From NCBI GenBank assembly GCA_902778055.1, contig CACYWL010000018.1:1668-65667 (forward strand): a stretch of 64,000 nt of DNA, read 5' to 3'. Position numbers and translations under genes: made by a program. Origin of the DNA: an uncultured Eubacteriales bacterium. Lineage in GTDB: Bacteria > Bacillota > Clostridia > Christensenellales > Aristaeellaceae. The notes below the pieces were generated by a model. The model was not told the DNA's origin. It searched no databases and saw only the letters and a list, made by a program, of their open reading frames with translations. Below are positions 36,156 through 46,452 of the stretch, piece after piece; position 1 is the first letter of the stretch, and each line of letters starts with the position of its first letter.

Positions 36156-38486
36156 CTACAGGACGGGCCTGCTCCAATGCCCCCGGGTGCTTTCCCCGGG
36201 GCTTTTTTGATGCGCCGAAAGACGCCTCAGGATTTCCTCCGCTTCCTCGCCTGTTTCCGTGGTCATCTCCGCGGCTCGGGAAGCCGTCATCCGCTGATCT
36301 CCCAGATCCGTCGGCACCGTGTTCAGCAGCCGGATCAGGCATCCCTCCGGCAGGCGGATCCGCATCAGCGGAAAGCTGTGTCCCTGTTCATCCTCCAGGC
36401 TTTTTCCTTTCAAGGCCCGGGGGTCTCCCTCGTCGCAAAGCACGCAGGCCGCGTGCCCCCGGCTCAGTCCCAGGGCGGTCCGGGCCGGGCAGTGATGCAG
36501 CAGCATCAGCTGTGTCCGGCCCCAGGCGCAGCACACGATCTCCGGAAGGTCCCTTCCGGGAGCGGTCAGCCCCTTCAGCTCCGTTCCCGTCAGCTCCGGA
36601 CTGGCATAGACGTACCGGCAGCCCTCTTCCTTCAGCAGACGGGCCGCCTCCCGGTTCATGACCGGGACGCCCGGTCCCGCAGCCACGGGCACCGGCCACT
36701 CCGTGCCCAGCTGCCCCACGCTGCCCAGCTCCACGCCGCCGAGCTTTCCGGCATTCCGTTCCGTCCAGGCGCGGATTGCCTGAAGCGTCGCCTCCTCGCA
36801 GACCTCCGGAAGCCTCACCCACTCTCCGGGAAGCATCCGCTCCTCCAGCGCCTTCAGCGCCTTTTCCCGGAAGTCCTCCGGCGCCCAGATGATCTGAACC
36901 TTCTCCCCGCGGCAGGCGGAGGCCTGCTCAGGGGTGCGTACAATGACCCGAAGCCCGGAAGGCCTTTCCTCCGTCCCGTCTTCCCCGGGGCTCTCCGGAG
37001 TCTCCTCCCGCTCCGGTCCCGCCGGCCAGGCAAACCGCTCCCGGCGGGCTTCCGCCAGCTGCTCCAGCCCCGCTCTCCGCAGCCCGTTCAGCGCGGAAAC
37101 AGGCACAAAGGCCCCGGCGGTGCGTACCCGGATTTCCCGGACCTCAAAGTCCGTTCCGCCCGTCTTTTGAAGCTGGCGTTTCATTTCCTCCCCGGTGGTT
37201 TCCCTGTTTCGGGCCTCCGAAACCGGCTCCCCGTGCACCTGGATTTCCAGCTCCCCGTCGGAAACGGACAGGCGAAGCTCCTTTCCCGGCCAGGCCTCCG
37301 CCTCCATGCGGACCGGTATCCTCCGCAGGGGAGCCTCCGCCGCCCGCTTCAGCTGCTCCGCGTCCGTCAGCCGCCAGACCTCATCCCCCGGAGAGGCCGT
37401 CACACCCTCCCGGAGGCGGACCGTCGCGGTTTCTCCGGCCTCCGCGGTTTTTCCGGCATACAGCAGCTCCCATTCCTGCTCTCCGTGCTTCACCCGCAGC
37501 CCGTCCCCGTCATGGAGCCGGCGCTCCAGCCGCACCCGGGCCAGGTTTCCCCGGCAGGAGATCACCTTTCCGGCGCGCAGCCCCTGATGGTTCACGCTTC
37601 CGGGCTGAATCACGCCCGCGTCCTCCGCGCCGAAGGCATATCCCCGCATGAATCCGCCCCGGTGAAAGATCTGCTTCAGCGCTTCCTTTTCCTCCGGGTC
37701 CGCGGGCCGGAACTTTCCCTCCCGCAGGCTGTCCATGCCCCGGCGGTAGCTTTCCGTCACCGCAAAGACATATTCCGGCCGTTTCAGCCTGCCCTCTATC
37801 TTCAGGCTGGCCGCTCCCGCCTCCGCCAGCCTCGGCAGGTCATCCCGCAGGCACAGGTCCCGGGGACTCAGCCAGGCGCCCGGCCGGCCTCCGAACAGGT
37901 ACTGCTTTCTGCAGGGCTGGGCGCATCTTCCCCGGTTGCCGCTGCGTTCGCCGACCATGCTGGAGAACAGGCATTCTCCGCTGACGGAGACGCATTGCGC
38001 TCCGTGGACAAAAACCTCGATCTCCGTACCCGTCCCGGCGCTTCGGCGGATTTCCTCCAGGCTGCACTCCCGGGCCAGCACAACCCGCTTCATTCCCTTC
38101 CCGGCACACCAGCGGACGCCGCTCTCGTTGTGAACGGCCATCTGGGTGCTGGCGTGGATCCGAAGCTCCGGGAAGCGGCGCCGCGCCATCCGCAGAATGC
38201 CCAGGTCCTGCACCAGCACCCCGTCCGCCCGCAGGCGGTTGAGCATCCGCAGCAGGGCGAGCACTTCCTCCAGCTCCCCGTCCCGGACCAGCGTGTTGAC
38301 CGTCACATAGACCCGCATATGATGAAGATGCGCAAAGGCCAGCGCGTCCTTCAGCTCTTCCGCGTCGAAATTGCCTGCGCCGGCCCGCGCGCTGAAGGCG
38401 GCATATCCCAGATACACCGCGTCCGCGCCGGCGGCCTGCGCCCTTTCCAGCGCCTCCCGGCTTCCCGCCGGAGCCAGAATCTCCAT
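36156..38486 (-). CDS. peptidase U32 family protein (long form)
   Basis: MEILAPAGSREALERAQAAGADAVYLG is the typical N-terminus. The U32 signature region is EIEVFVHGAQCVSVSGECLFSS. Confidence 0.85.
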   Translation of the reverse strand: MEILAPAGSREALERAQAAGADAVYLGYAAFSARAGAGNFDAEELKDALAFAHLHHMRVYVTVNTLVRDGELEEVLALLRMLNRLRADGVLVQDLGILRMARRRFPELRIHASTQMAVHNESGVRWCAGKGMKRVVLARECSLEEIRRSAGTGTEIEVFVHGAQCVSVSGECLFSSMVGERSGNRGRCAQPCRKQYLFGGRPGAWLSPRDLCLRDDLPRLAEAGAASLKIEGRLKRPEYVFAVTESYRRGMDSLREGKFRPADPEEKEALKQIFHRGGFMRGYAFGAEDAGVIQPGSVNHQGLRAGKVISCRGNLARVRLERRLHDGDGLRVKHGEQEWELLYAGKTAEAGETATVRLREGVTASPGDEVWRLTDAEQLKRAAEAPLRRIPVRMEAEAWPGKELRLSVSDGELEIQVHGEPVSEARNRETTGEEMKRQLQKTGGTDFEVREIRVRTAGAFVPVSALNGLRRAGLEQLAEARRERFAWPAGPEREETPESPGEDGTEERPSGLRVIVRTPEQASACRGEKVQIIWAPEDFREKALKALEERMLPGEWVRLPEVCEEATLQAIRAWTERNAGKLGGVELGSVGQLGTEWPVPVAAGPGVPVMNREAARLLKEEGCRYVYASPELTGTELKGLTAPGRDLPEIVCCAWGRTQLMLLHHCPARTALGLSRGHAACVLCDEGDPRALKGKSLEDEQGHSFPLMRIRLPEGCLIRLLNTVPTDLGDQRMTASRAAEMTTETGEEAEEILRRLSAHQKSPGESTRGHWSRPVL

Positions 38487-38535
38487 CCGGTTTCTCCTCC
38501 GTTTTCCGTCAAAGAAAGCCCCCGAAGGGGCTGAT

Positions 38536-38850
38536 TCAGCGTATTTCCGTCTGCTGCCCGGAGGGCTTCGACTCCGTTTCTCCCGGCGCGTCCGTTTCCT
38601 TTCCGGCAGCCAGGCGCTGCATGCGGCGCTTCAGCTCGGTGTTCTCATCCCGCGCCTTCAGCAGCTCATCCGCCAGGTTGAAGCAGGTCAGCACCGACGC
38701 CTGCTGCAGCGCCATGCCGCTCGCAATCTGCATTTCATTCAGCCGCCGGTCCACCAGCGCGGCCACCCTGCGGACATATTCCGGCGGATCGGAGGAAATC
38801 AGCGTATAATTCTTTCCCCCGACCCGGACGTTGATTTTCTGCTTCTCCAT
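38536..38850 (-). CDS. zapA: cell division protein ZapA
   Basis: 104 aa. INVRVGGKNYTLISSDPPEYVRRVAALVDRRLNEM is followed by a C-terminal coiled coil. Confidence 0.8.
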   Translation of the reverse strand: MEKQKINVRVGGKNYTLISSDPPEYVRRVAALVDRRLNEMQIASGMALQQASVLTCFNLADELLKARDENTELKRRMQRLAAGKETDAPGETESKPSGQQTEIR

Positions 38851-38987
38851 GTTTTTCCGCGCCTCCTGTCCGCCGTCTGTCTGAAGGGCTCTTTCCCGGG
38901 CCTCCGGGGCCGCGCCGTCCCTGAAAAGGTGATGGCGCGGAAAGGACTTTCCTCCCGCGCCGTCCGGCTCTTTCCTTCTCCGCTTTC

Positions 38988-39506
38988 TCAGAGCTGCTCG
39001 AAGGGATAGACCTCGCCAAAGGTTTCAACCCGGACGGAGGCCATCCGCTGCGGCTCCAGGGGCTTGTCCGCCGCGTCCCGGGGCGTGTTCACGATCGATT
39101 CAGCCACCTCCATGCCCTCCAGCACCTTGCCGAAAGCGGCATACTGGCCGTCCAGATGCGGGCTGTCGCTGGTCATGATGAAAAACTGGCTCCCCGCGGA
39201 GTCCGGATTCATGCTCCGGGCCATGCTCAGCACGCCGTAGGTATGCCGGACCGGATTGTTCACGCCGTTGGCCGCGAACTCGCCCTTGATGGAATACCCC
39301 GGTCCGCCGTATCCCATTCCCTTGGGATCCCCGCCCTGAATCATGAAGCCCGGAATCACCCGGTGGAAAATCAGCCCGTCGTAGAAGCCGCTGTTGGCCA
39401 GGGCCACAAAATTGCCCACGGACTGGGGCGCGGTCTCGGGATACAGTTCCCCCTTCATCTCGCGCCCGTCACTCATCACAATCGTAAACACAGGTTTCTG
39501 TGCCAT
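38988..39506 (-). CDS. ppiB: peptidyl-prolyl cis-trans isomerase (cyclophilin type)
   Basis: The diagnostic motifs are FHRVIPGFMIQGGDP and SQFFI. Confidence 0.9.
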   Translation of the reverse strand: MAQKPVFTIVMSDGREMKGELYPETAPQSVGNFVALANSGFYDGLIFHRVIPGFMIQGGDPKGMGYGGPGYSIKGEFAANGVNNPVRHTYGVLSMARSMNPDSAGSQFFIMTSDSPHLDGQYAAFGKVLEGMEVAESIVNTPRDAADKPLEPQRMASVRVETFGEVYPFEQL

Positions 39507-39617
39507 GCTTCTCCCCCCGCATTCTGATCTGACGTCTCCGGCGCTCCGGCCGGCACGTCCCGTTTCTCCTCACTGAGGCACCCTATTTTAGCAGTATTTC
39601 CCCTCCTTGGCAAGCTT

Positions 39618-39647
39618 TTGACAGACAGCCTTCCTCCATACTATAAT
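39618..39647 (+). promoter_or_regulatory. consensus sigma-70 promoter of the GNAT gene
   Basis: TTGACA, an 18-nt spacer, then TATAAT, lying 68 nt upstream of the ATG at 39716. Confidence 0.6.
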
Positions 39648-39715
39648 AAAGCGGTCACCGGGCGTTTTGATTTGGTTCTCTCCCGGTCGATTTTCCGCGG
39701 AAAGGAACGGCTTCT

Positions 39716-40519
39716 ATGACGATTATTCACCCGCTGCAGCCCGTCAATCAGATGAACCCGGAGGATGTCTTCCTCGCGGTGGACGATCTGGGGACGCAGA
39801 CCGGCTGCGGATATATTCTCTATCAGCTTCAGCCCGGCCTGTATCCGGACTGTCCGGTCAACATGTACTTTTCCCTGGAGGGGGATCCCGGCAGCCGCTA
39901 TCTTCTCTTCGGCGCGCTCGTGGCCCGGGCCCGTCAGCTGCAGAACGTGAATCCGCAGCTTCGCGCCCGGCTGTATACCAGTCTGGATCCCCGGGATGAG
40001 GAAAGCCGGGAGTTCTATCTGCACAACGGCTTTGATCTGGATGAGAGCGATGTGCTCGTTTCGCTTCAGATTCCCTTCGGCGACGGGCGGATTCCCATGA
40101 GCTGCACCGTGGCCGCCACCCCGCTGAACACCTGGGAGGAGCAGCAGAACCTGCTTTCCCGCCTGCAGCTCAACGAGATTACGTATCTGGATCGGAGCAC
40201 CCTGGTTGAAATGATGCATATGCCCCATTTTCTCGCCCTGGGGCTGTACCGGAACGCCGGGCTCATCGGCGACACGATTCTCGCCGGCCAGGGAAGCGAC
40301 GCGGAGCTGGTCGCCATCTGCATCGAGCCCTCCAGCCGCCGCCAGGGGATGGCGCGCTGCCTGCTGCACAGGTCCCTGGCCATCATGGCCGCCGAGGGGG
40401 TCACCCGGGTGACTGCCAGGATCATGACCCGGAGTCTTCCCCAGGCGCACCTCATGAACGATTTCGGTGCCGCGCAGATCGGTGTCAATATGCTCTTTCC
40501 CGGAATGTATCTGAACTGA
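39716..40519 (+). CDS. GNAT-family N-acetyltransferase (two-lobed)
   Basis: The acetyl-CoA binding motif is [29 protein letters not shown] (Q/RxxGxG/A type). Confidence 0.7.
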   Translation: MTIIHPLQPVNQMNPEDVFLAVDDLGTQTGCGYILYQLQPGLYPDCPVNMYFSLEGDPGSRYLLFGALVARARQLQNVNPQLRARLYTSLDPRDEESREFYLHNGFDLDESDVLVSLQIPFGDGRIPMSCTVAATPLNTWEEQQNLLSRLQLNEITYLDRSTLVEMMHMPHFLALGLYRNAGLIGDTILAGQGSDAELVAICIEPSSRRQGMARCLLHRSLAIMAAEGVTRVTARIMTRSLPQAHLMNDFGAAQIGVNMLFPGMYLN

Positions 40520-40652
40520 CCCGCGCCCCGGCGCGGATAGTTTCCGCCCTTCCGGGCGGGAAAAACAGGTTTTCCTCTCCCTCAGCGGAACCGGGAGCGG
40601 AAAGCCGGCCCCGGCAAGGATCCGCAAATCACAGAAATGGAGGAGAGCCATC

Positions 40653-41726
40653 ATGAAAATGACCTTCCGCTGGTACGGCAGCAAGACCGATCCCATTCCC
40701 CTGAAGTTTATCAAACAGATTCCCGGCATGACAGGCCTCATGGGTCTGCTGGACAAGCCCGCCGGAGTGGACTGGCCCGAAGAGGAATTTGCCGCCCTCC
40801 GGAAGGAGGTTCAGGAGGCCGGTCTGGAGCTGGAGGTCATTGAGTCCGTCAACGTCCATGAGGACATCAAAACCGGTCTGCCCGCCCGGGACGAATATAT
40901 CGAGAATTACATCTCCACCGTCCGGATGCTGGCACGGCAGGGTGTGAAGGTGATTGTCTACAATTTCATGCCTGTGTTCGACTGGCTGCGGACCGATCTC
41001 GCCCGGGTCATCCCGGAGGACGGAAGCAACAGCCTGTATTTTGACGAGAAGGATCTGGGGGCCATGGGGCCGCTGGAGATTGTCCGCAAGACCGCGGAGG
41101 ACAGCCACGGCTTTACCCTGCCCGGCTGGGAGCCGGAGCGTCTGGCCCTGCTGGAGACGACGCTGAAGCAGTACGAAGGCATGACAGGGGACGATCTTCG
41201 GAAGAATTACAAATATTTCCTCGACGCGGTCATTCCCGTCTGCGAGGAGGTCGGCGTCCGCATGGCCTGCCATCCGGATGACCCCGCCTGGCCCATCTTC
41301 GGCCTGCCCCGCATCGCCCACAGCCAGGAGGATTTCGACAAAATCGTCGCCCTCCACGACAGTCCGGCCAACACGCTCTGCCTCTGCACCGGCAGCCTCG
41401 GTTCCAATCCGGACAACGATATTCCCTCCATCATCCGGCATTTCGGCAGCATGAACCGGATCGGCGCCATGCATGTGCGGAACGTGAAATACCTGGGCTA
41501 CCATCATTTCCGCGAAGCGGCGCACCTGAGCTCCACCGGTGATCTGGACCTGTATGAAATCATGAAGGCCGTCCATGAAACCTGCCCCGATACGTATATC
41601 CGGCCGGACCACGGCCGCATGATCTGGGACGAGCAGGGCCGCCCCGGTTACGGTCTGTATGACCGGGCACTGGGCGCCGCCTATCTGAACGGCCTGTGGG
41701 AGGCACTTGAAAAGGGCAGCTGCTGA
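40653..41726 (+). CDS. uxuA: mannonate dehydratase
   Basis: [25 protein letters not shown]...[17 protein letters not shown] shows strong UxuA family identity. Confidence 0.9.
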   Translation: MKMTFRWYGSKTDPIPLKFIKQIPGMTGLMGLLDKPAGVDWPEEEFAALRKEVQEAGLELEVIESVNVHEDIKTGLPARDEYIENYISTVRMLARQGVKVIVYNFMPVFDWLRTDLARVIPEDGSNSLYFDEKDLGAMGPLEIVRKTAEDSHGFTLPGWEPERLALLETTLKQYEGMTGDDLRKNYKYFLDAVIPVCEEVGVRMACHPDDPAWPIFGLPRIAHSQEDFDKIVALHDSPANTLCLCTGSLGSNPDNDIPSIIRHFGSMNRIGAMHVRNVKYLGYHHFREAAHLSSTGDLDLYEIMKAVHETCPDTYIRPDHGRMIWDEQGRPGYGLYDRALGAAYLNGLWEALEKGSC

Positions 41727-41753
41727 GCGCTGCCCTGAAGGAGATTCTGTTTT

Positions 41754-42203
41754 ATGCGCTGTGTTGTTCAGAGAGTTCTCTCCGCCTCGGTCACCGTGGA
41801 AGGTGAAACGGTCGGGGCCATCGGTCCGGGCCTCCTGGCCCTGATCGGCGTCTCGTCGGAGGATGGTCCTGCCGACGTGAAATACATTGCCGACAAGGTG
41901 ATGCACCTTCGCATCTTCGATGATGAGAACGGCGTCATGAACCGCTCCGTGCTGGACGCGGGCGGTTCCATTCTCGCCGTCAGCCAGTTCACCCTTTACG
42001 GCGATGCCCGGGGCGGACGCCGGCCCAGCTATTTCCGTGCCGCAAAGCCGGAGGCGGCGGACGGGCTCTACCGCCGGGTCATTGAGGCCTGGCGGGCGGC
42101 CGGTCTCCCGGTGGAAACCGGCCGATTCCGCACGGAGATGCGGGTTTCCCTGGTCAACGACGGCCCCGTGACCATTCTGCTGGATTCGGAGAAGGCCTTC
42201 TGA
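41754..42203 (+). CDS. dtd: D-aminoacyl-tRNA deacylase
   Basis: 149 aa with MRCVVQRV...LALIGV and the SQFTLYGD motif. Confidence 0.9.
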   Translation: MRCVVQRVLSASVTVEGETVGAIGPGLLALIGVSSEDGPADVKYIADKVMHLRIFDDENGVMNRSVLDAGGSILAVSQFTLYGDARGGRRPSYFRAAKPEAADGLYRRVIEAWRAAGLPVETGRFRTEMRVSLVNDGPVTILLDSEKAF

Positions 42204-42244
42204 GCCTTCTCCGTTTTCTGCTGTCCGGGCTTTCCGCCCGCATG

Positions 42245-42273
42245 CGCTCCGGCCTTCCGGCCGGAGCGTTTTT
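42245..42273 (+). terminator. rho-independent terminator after dtd
   Basis: cgctccggcc-ttcc-ggccggagcg is followed by TTTTT. Confidence 0.75.
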
Positions 42274-42307
42274 CCGCCCCCGGCGCCGGTTCGGGAATCG
42301 CCGCGCC

Positions 42308-43330
42308 TCAGGACTGCGCCAGCTGTCCGGCCAGATTCTGAAGGCCCGCTATCACCCGGTCGCACCAGGCGTCGAAGTCCGGATCCGGCGTCTGGCACTC
42401 CGGATGGGACAGAACGTAATCCAGGGTGATCCGAACCCCCTGATGGAAGGGGGTCATCGTGGTCATCTGCGGAACCAGCGCCTTGATTTTGCTGTTGTCG
42501 AACACGACGGTATTGGACTTGTCCCCGATCAGCGATCCCGTGTAGTCGTACTGCGGGCCGGCGGCCGCCAGGAATTCCGAGGAAACGTGGCAGGCGTGCA
42601 GCGGAACCCCCAGGGCATCCGCGATGGTCTCGTAGATCTGATTCCAGGTCAGGCTCTCGTCGGAGGTGATGTGGAACGCTTCTCCGATCGCCTGGCGGTT
42701 CCCCATCAGGCCCGTGTATCCCACGGCAAAATCCCTGTTGAAGGTCATCGTCCACAGGCTGGTTCCGTCCCCCTGGATCAGGACAGGTTTGCCCTCCCGC
42801 ATCCGCTGGATCACCTGCCAGGCGCCCTTCGCCCCGTGGACGCCCAGGGGCACGTTCCGCTCGTCATATGTGTGGGACGGCCGGACAATCGTCACCGGGA
42901 AGCCGTCCTTCCGATACCTCTCCATCAGGTATTCCTCGCAGGCAATCTTGTTTCTGGAGTATTCCCAGTAGGGATTGGCCAGCGCCGTTCCCTCCGTGAT
43001 CCGGTAGTCTTTCACGGGCTTGTGATAGGCGGAAGCGGAGCTGATGTAGAGATACTGGCCCGTTCTTCCCCGGAACAGCCGGTAATCCCGCTGCACCTGC
43101 TCCGGCACAAAGCCGATAAACTCCCCGACGCAGTCAAAGTACATCCCGTCGATCGCCCGCAGGACGGTCTCCTCATCATTGATATCCGTCTGAATCGAGC
43201 GGCACCCCTCCGGCAGCTCCGCCTTCCGGGTGCCTCTGTTCAGCAGGTAAACCTCCCATCCGTCCCGGACCAGCTTCCGCGTAATCGCCATGCTGATGGT
43301 CCCGGTTCCGCCGATCAGTAATGCCTTCAT
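42308..43330 (-). CDS. SDR-family NAD-dependent epimerase/dehydratase
   Basis: Track ORF trimmed to MKALLIGGTGTISMAI (GxxGxxG), which has an AGGAGG SD. The catalytic YSRNK (YxxxK) is present. Confidence 0.8.
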   Translation of the reverse strand: MKALLIGGTGTISMAITRKLVRDGWEVYLLNRGTRKAELPEGCRSIQTDINDEETVLRAIDGMYFDCVGEFIGFVPEQVQRDYRLFRGRTGQYLYISSASAYHKPVKDYRITEGTALANPYWEYSRNKIACEEYLMERYRKDGFPVTIVRPSHTYDERNVPLGVHGAKGAWQVIQRMREGKPVLIQGDGTSLWTMTFNRDFAVGYTGLMGNRQAIGEAFHITSDESLTWNQIYETIADALGVPLHACHVSSEFLAAAGPQYDYTGSLIGDKSNTVVFDNSKIKALVPQMTTMTPFHQGVRITLDYVLSHPECQTPDPDFDAWCDRVIAGLQNLAGQLAQS

Positions 43331-43403
43331 GTTTTTTCCTCCTGTTTTCAGAAATGATCTCTGTTTTGCTGTTTTCCGCAAAGGGAGCACTGTATCTGCG
43401 GCC

Positions 43404-43433
43404 ATTCTATCATGCGTCCGCTCCGTCTGGCAA
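43404..43433 (-). promoter_or_regulatory. sigma-70 promoter of the SDR epimerase gene
   Basis: The minus strand reads TTGCCA, an 18-nt spacer, then TAGAAT (preceded by TGa). Confidence 0.5.
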
Positions 43434-43568
43434 GCTCATTTTCGCGTCTCGGCACCGGCCTGAGAAAGAGCTGGTCTGTCTCCGCCGGATGTGGTATACT
43501 CCTCCGCAGAGGCTCCGGGAGGTTCCGGCGCGGCGCGCCCCTTCCGGGCGGAACAGGAGGAACGGAAA

Positions 43569-44798
43569 ATGAAGGTAACTGAGGAACTGCTTCAGAAATA
43601 CGCGCGGCTGATCGTCCGCACGGGCGCCAATGTCCAGCCGGGGCAGAAAGTGCAGCTGGTCGCCTCCGTGGAGCAGCACGCCTTTGCGGCCATGGTGACG
43701 GAGGAATGCTACAGGGCCGGCGCCAGCCTGGTGCAGATCGACTGGACCAGCGATGCCGCTTCACGGTTGCATTATCTCTATGCGGATCAGGAAACCCTGT
43801 CCGAGGTCCTGCCCTGGCAGGAGGAAAAAATGAAGCAGGCCGTGAAGGACCTGCCCTGCCGGATCTTTATCGAATCCGAGGATCCCGACGCCATGAACGG
43901 CATTGATCCGGAGAAGCTGTCCGCCGTCATGCAGGCCCGCGGCCGGGTCATGAAGCCCTACCGCAACGCGATGGAGGGAAAGCACCAGTGGGTCATCGCC
44001 GCCCATCCCTCGGAAAAGTGGGCCCGGAAATGCTTCCCCGGGGCGGAAAACCCGGTGGAGCTCCTGTGGGACGCGATTCTGAAGACCGTGCGCGTCACGG
44101 AGGACAACGACCCCGTCCAGGCCTGGAAGGAGCATACCGATTTCATCTCGGAGAAGGCCGCCTGGCTGAATGCCCGGGGTTTCTCCTCCCTGCGGTACCG
44201 CAGCGCCAACGGGACGGATTTCTCCGTGGAGCTGATTCCCGGCGCCAAATGGGAGGGCGCCGGCTCGGTCAATCCGGTCAACGGCGTCTTCTATATTCCC
44301 AACATGCCGACGGAGGAGATCTTCACCTCCCCGATCGCCGGAAAATGCGAGGGCACTCTGGTAGCGGTCAAGCCCCTCTCCTGGAACAGCCAGCTTATTG
44401 AGGATTTCTCGATCCGCTTTGAAGGCGGGCGGGCTGTTTCCTGTCAGGCGCGCCGAGGGCAGGAGCTGCTGGAAAAGATGATCCGGATGGATGAGGGCGC
44501 CGCGAGGCTCGGCGAGGTGGCCCTGGTTCCCCGGGAGAGCCCGGTGAATCAGTGCGGCTTCCTTTTCTACGAGACACTCTTCGATGAAAATGCCTGCTGC
44601 CATGTGGCTCTGGGCATGGGCTTCAAGGAGGTGCTTCCCGGCGGAGACGATCTGACCATGGCGGAAGCGCAGGAAAAGGGAATCAACGATTCCATCATCC
44701 ATGTGGACTTCATGGTCGGCGCGGACGATCTGTCCATCGACGGGATTCTTCCCGACGGCACCGCGGTGCCGGTTTTCCGGAACGGGACCTGGGCCTGA
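43569..44798 (+). CDS. M29-family aminopeptidase (AmpS/PepS type)
   Basis: Track ORF trimmed to MKVTEELLQKYARLIVRTGANVQPGQKV (AGGAGGAA SD). The C-terminal region is EGAARLGEVALVP...HVALG...IHVDFM. Confidence 0.85.
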   Translation: MKVTEELLQKYARLIVRTGANVQPGQKVQLVASVEQHAFAAMVTEECYRAGASLVQIDWTSDAASRLHYLYADQETLSEVLPWQEEKMKQAVKDLPCRIFIESEDPDAMNGIDPEKLSAVMQARGRVMKPYRNAMEGKHQWVIAAHPSEKWARKCFPGAENPVELLWDAILKTVRVTEDNDPVQAWKEHTDFISEKAAWLNARGFSSLRYRSANGTDFSVELIPGAKWEGAGSVNPVNGVFYIPNMPTEEIFTSPIAGKCEGTLVAVKPLSWNSQLIEDFSIRFEGGRAVSCQARRGQELLEKMIRMDEGAARLGEVALVPRESPVNQCGFLFYETLFDENACCHVALGMGFKEVLPGGDDLTMAEAQEKGINDSIIHVDFMVGADDLSIDGILPDGTAVPVFRNGTWA

Positions 44799-44828
44799 GG
44801 GCAGTTCCTTTCCGGGCGCAGGAATGCA

Positions 44829-44868
44829 CAGGGGCGCGGAGAAGCTTTCTCCGCGCCCCTGTTTTCTG
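44829..44868. terminator. bidirectional terminator between the aminopeptidase gene and hemZ
   Basis: caggggcgcggagaa-gc-ttctccgcgcccctg is followed by TTTTCTGTTTATTT. Confidence 0.8.
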
Positions 44869-44869
44869 T

Positions 44870-46429
44870 TTATTTGATTCCGTCCCGCGCGTCCTCCGGG
44901 GACCGCGCGGCACCCTTCCCTTCGCTTTCGTCCAGAAAGAGCTCCCTTTTCCGGCGGATCATTTCATCCAGCCGGCCGATGTAGGTTTCGATGTGGCTGA
45001 CATTCGGAGCCCGTCCGATATGTCCCTCCTCCGGATAGATCCGTTTGGAGATGCCTCCCGCTCCCAGCGCGAGAATATGGGAGGTCTCCTCCATGATGTC
45101 CACGTTGTAGAGGCATTCGTGCCCCGGCAGCGCATAGCCCGTGTTTTCCAGATTCCCGGCCATGTATTTCTGCTTGTACAGGTAGTAGGGCCGCATGCCC
45201 ATCCGCTCCGCGGTTTTCCGGCCCTGCCGCACCATCTCCTCCGCCGTTTCTCCCGAAGGCAGCGTCGGGCCCGCTTCGGTTTCCTCCGTCCCTTTTCCTT
45301 CGGCTCCCTTCCGGATTCCGCCTTCCTTTTCCAGCCGCGCGGCGGTCCATTTTTCTCCCCAGGGAGAGGATCTCTTGATGGCCAGCGTGTGTACCGTCAG
45401 GCTTTCCGGCCGGAGCCGTTCCGCCTCCTCCATGGTCCGCGCAAAATCCTCCGCGTCTTCTCCGGGCAGCCCGGCGATGACGTCCATATTGATATGGGGA
45501 ATGCCCTCCTCCCGGGCCAGGGCATAGGCCTCCCGAACCTGCTGCGCCGTATGCGCGCGGCCGATGAACCGCAGCGTGCGGTCATTCATGGTCTGGGGAT
45601 TGATGGAGATCCGCCGGACGCCGGCCTCCCGGATGGTCCGCAGCCGCCCCTGCGTCAGGGTATCCGGTCTGCCGGCCTCGATGGTGTATTCCGCCGCGCC
45701 GGGGAAGATGGCCATCATCCGGTCCGTCATCCGCTGGAAATCCGCCTCGGGCAGAGCGGTCGGCGTGCCTCCGCCCACATAGACCGCGCGCAGCGTTCTT
45801 CCGCTTTCCGCCAGGATCTCCGCACCGGCGCGCATCTCCCGCTCCAGCGCATCCAGATAGGGCGCAACCAGCCGCCCGTTCCCGATCTCTCCCGAGGAGA
45901 AGGAGCAGTAGGCGCAGCGGGTCGTGCAGAAGGGAATGCCGATGTAGACATCCATCCACCGGTCCCCGGGCGGGGGCAGGCCCGCCTGGACCTCCGCGAT
46001 CTGCGCCAGCAGCTCTGCTTTTTCCCCGGTCACGTCAAACTCCGTCCGCAGCCGCGCCACCGCCTGCTCCCGGCTCAGCCCTTCGGCCAGCGCCTCCAGC
46101 ATCAGGTGGGTCGGCCGGACGCCCGTCAGGCTGCCCCAGGGCGGATGAATTCCCGTTTTTTCCCGGCAGAGATCGTACAGCGTCTGCTTGCAGAGCCGCC
46201 GGGCCGCCCGCTTCCGATGGAGCTCCCGGAGTCGGAGATCCTGATCCTCCGGGACCGCCGCCGCGCGCCGGACCGTATGCTCCCCGTCGGTGAAGGCGAT
46301 CCGGAACACGCCCTCCCCTTCCTCCGCCTCCATCCGGAATTCCTCCAGGTGATCCGCCAGGCCAAAAAGCCGGGCTGTATGCGCCAGCTCCGGCTGAATG
46401 GTTTCCAGATACTCCGAAATCTTTGCCAT
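44870..46429 (-). CDS. hemZ: radical-SAM coproporphyrinogen dehydrogenase HemZ-like protein
   Basis: Track ORF trimmed to Met74 (MAKISEYLETIQPEL). The upstream part of the ORF is the translated tandem repeat. The radical-SAM cluster is FCTTRCAYCSF, and the VYVGGGTPTAL motif is present. Confidence 0.8.
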   Translation of the reverse strand: MAKISEYLETIQPELAHTARLFGLADHLEEFRMEAEEGEGVFRIAFTDGEHTVRRAAAVPEDQDLRLRELHRKRAARRLCKQTLYDLCREKTGIHPPWGSLTGVRPTHLMLEALAEGLSREQAVARLRTEFDVTGEKAELLAQIAEVQAGLPPPGDRWMDVYIGIPFCTTRCAYCSFSSGEIGNGRLVAPYLDALEREMRAGAEILAESGRTLRAVYVGGGTPTALPEADFQRMTDRMMAIFPGAAEYTIEAGRPDTLTQGRLRTIREAGVRRISINPQTMNDRTLRFIGRAHTAQQVREAYALAREEGIPHINMDVIAGLPGEDAEDFARTMEEAERLRPESLTVHTLAIKRSSPWGEKWTAARLEKEGGIRKGAEGKGTEETEAGPTLPSGETAEEMVRQGRKTAERMGMRPYYLYKQKYMAGNLENTGYALPGHECLYNVDIMEETSHILALGAGGISKRIYPEEGHIGRAPNVSHIETYIGRLDEMIRRKRELFLDESEGKGAARSPEDARDGIK

Positions 46430-46452
46430 TTTTTCTCTCCAAAGGCCACCGG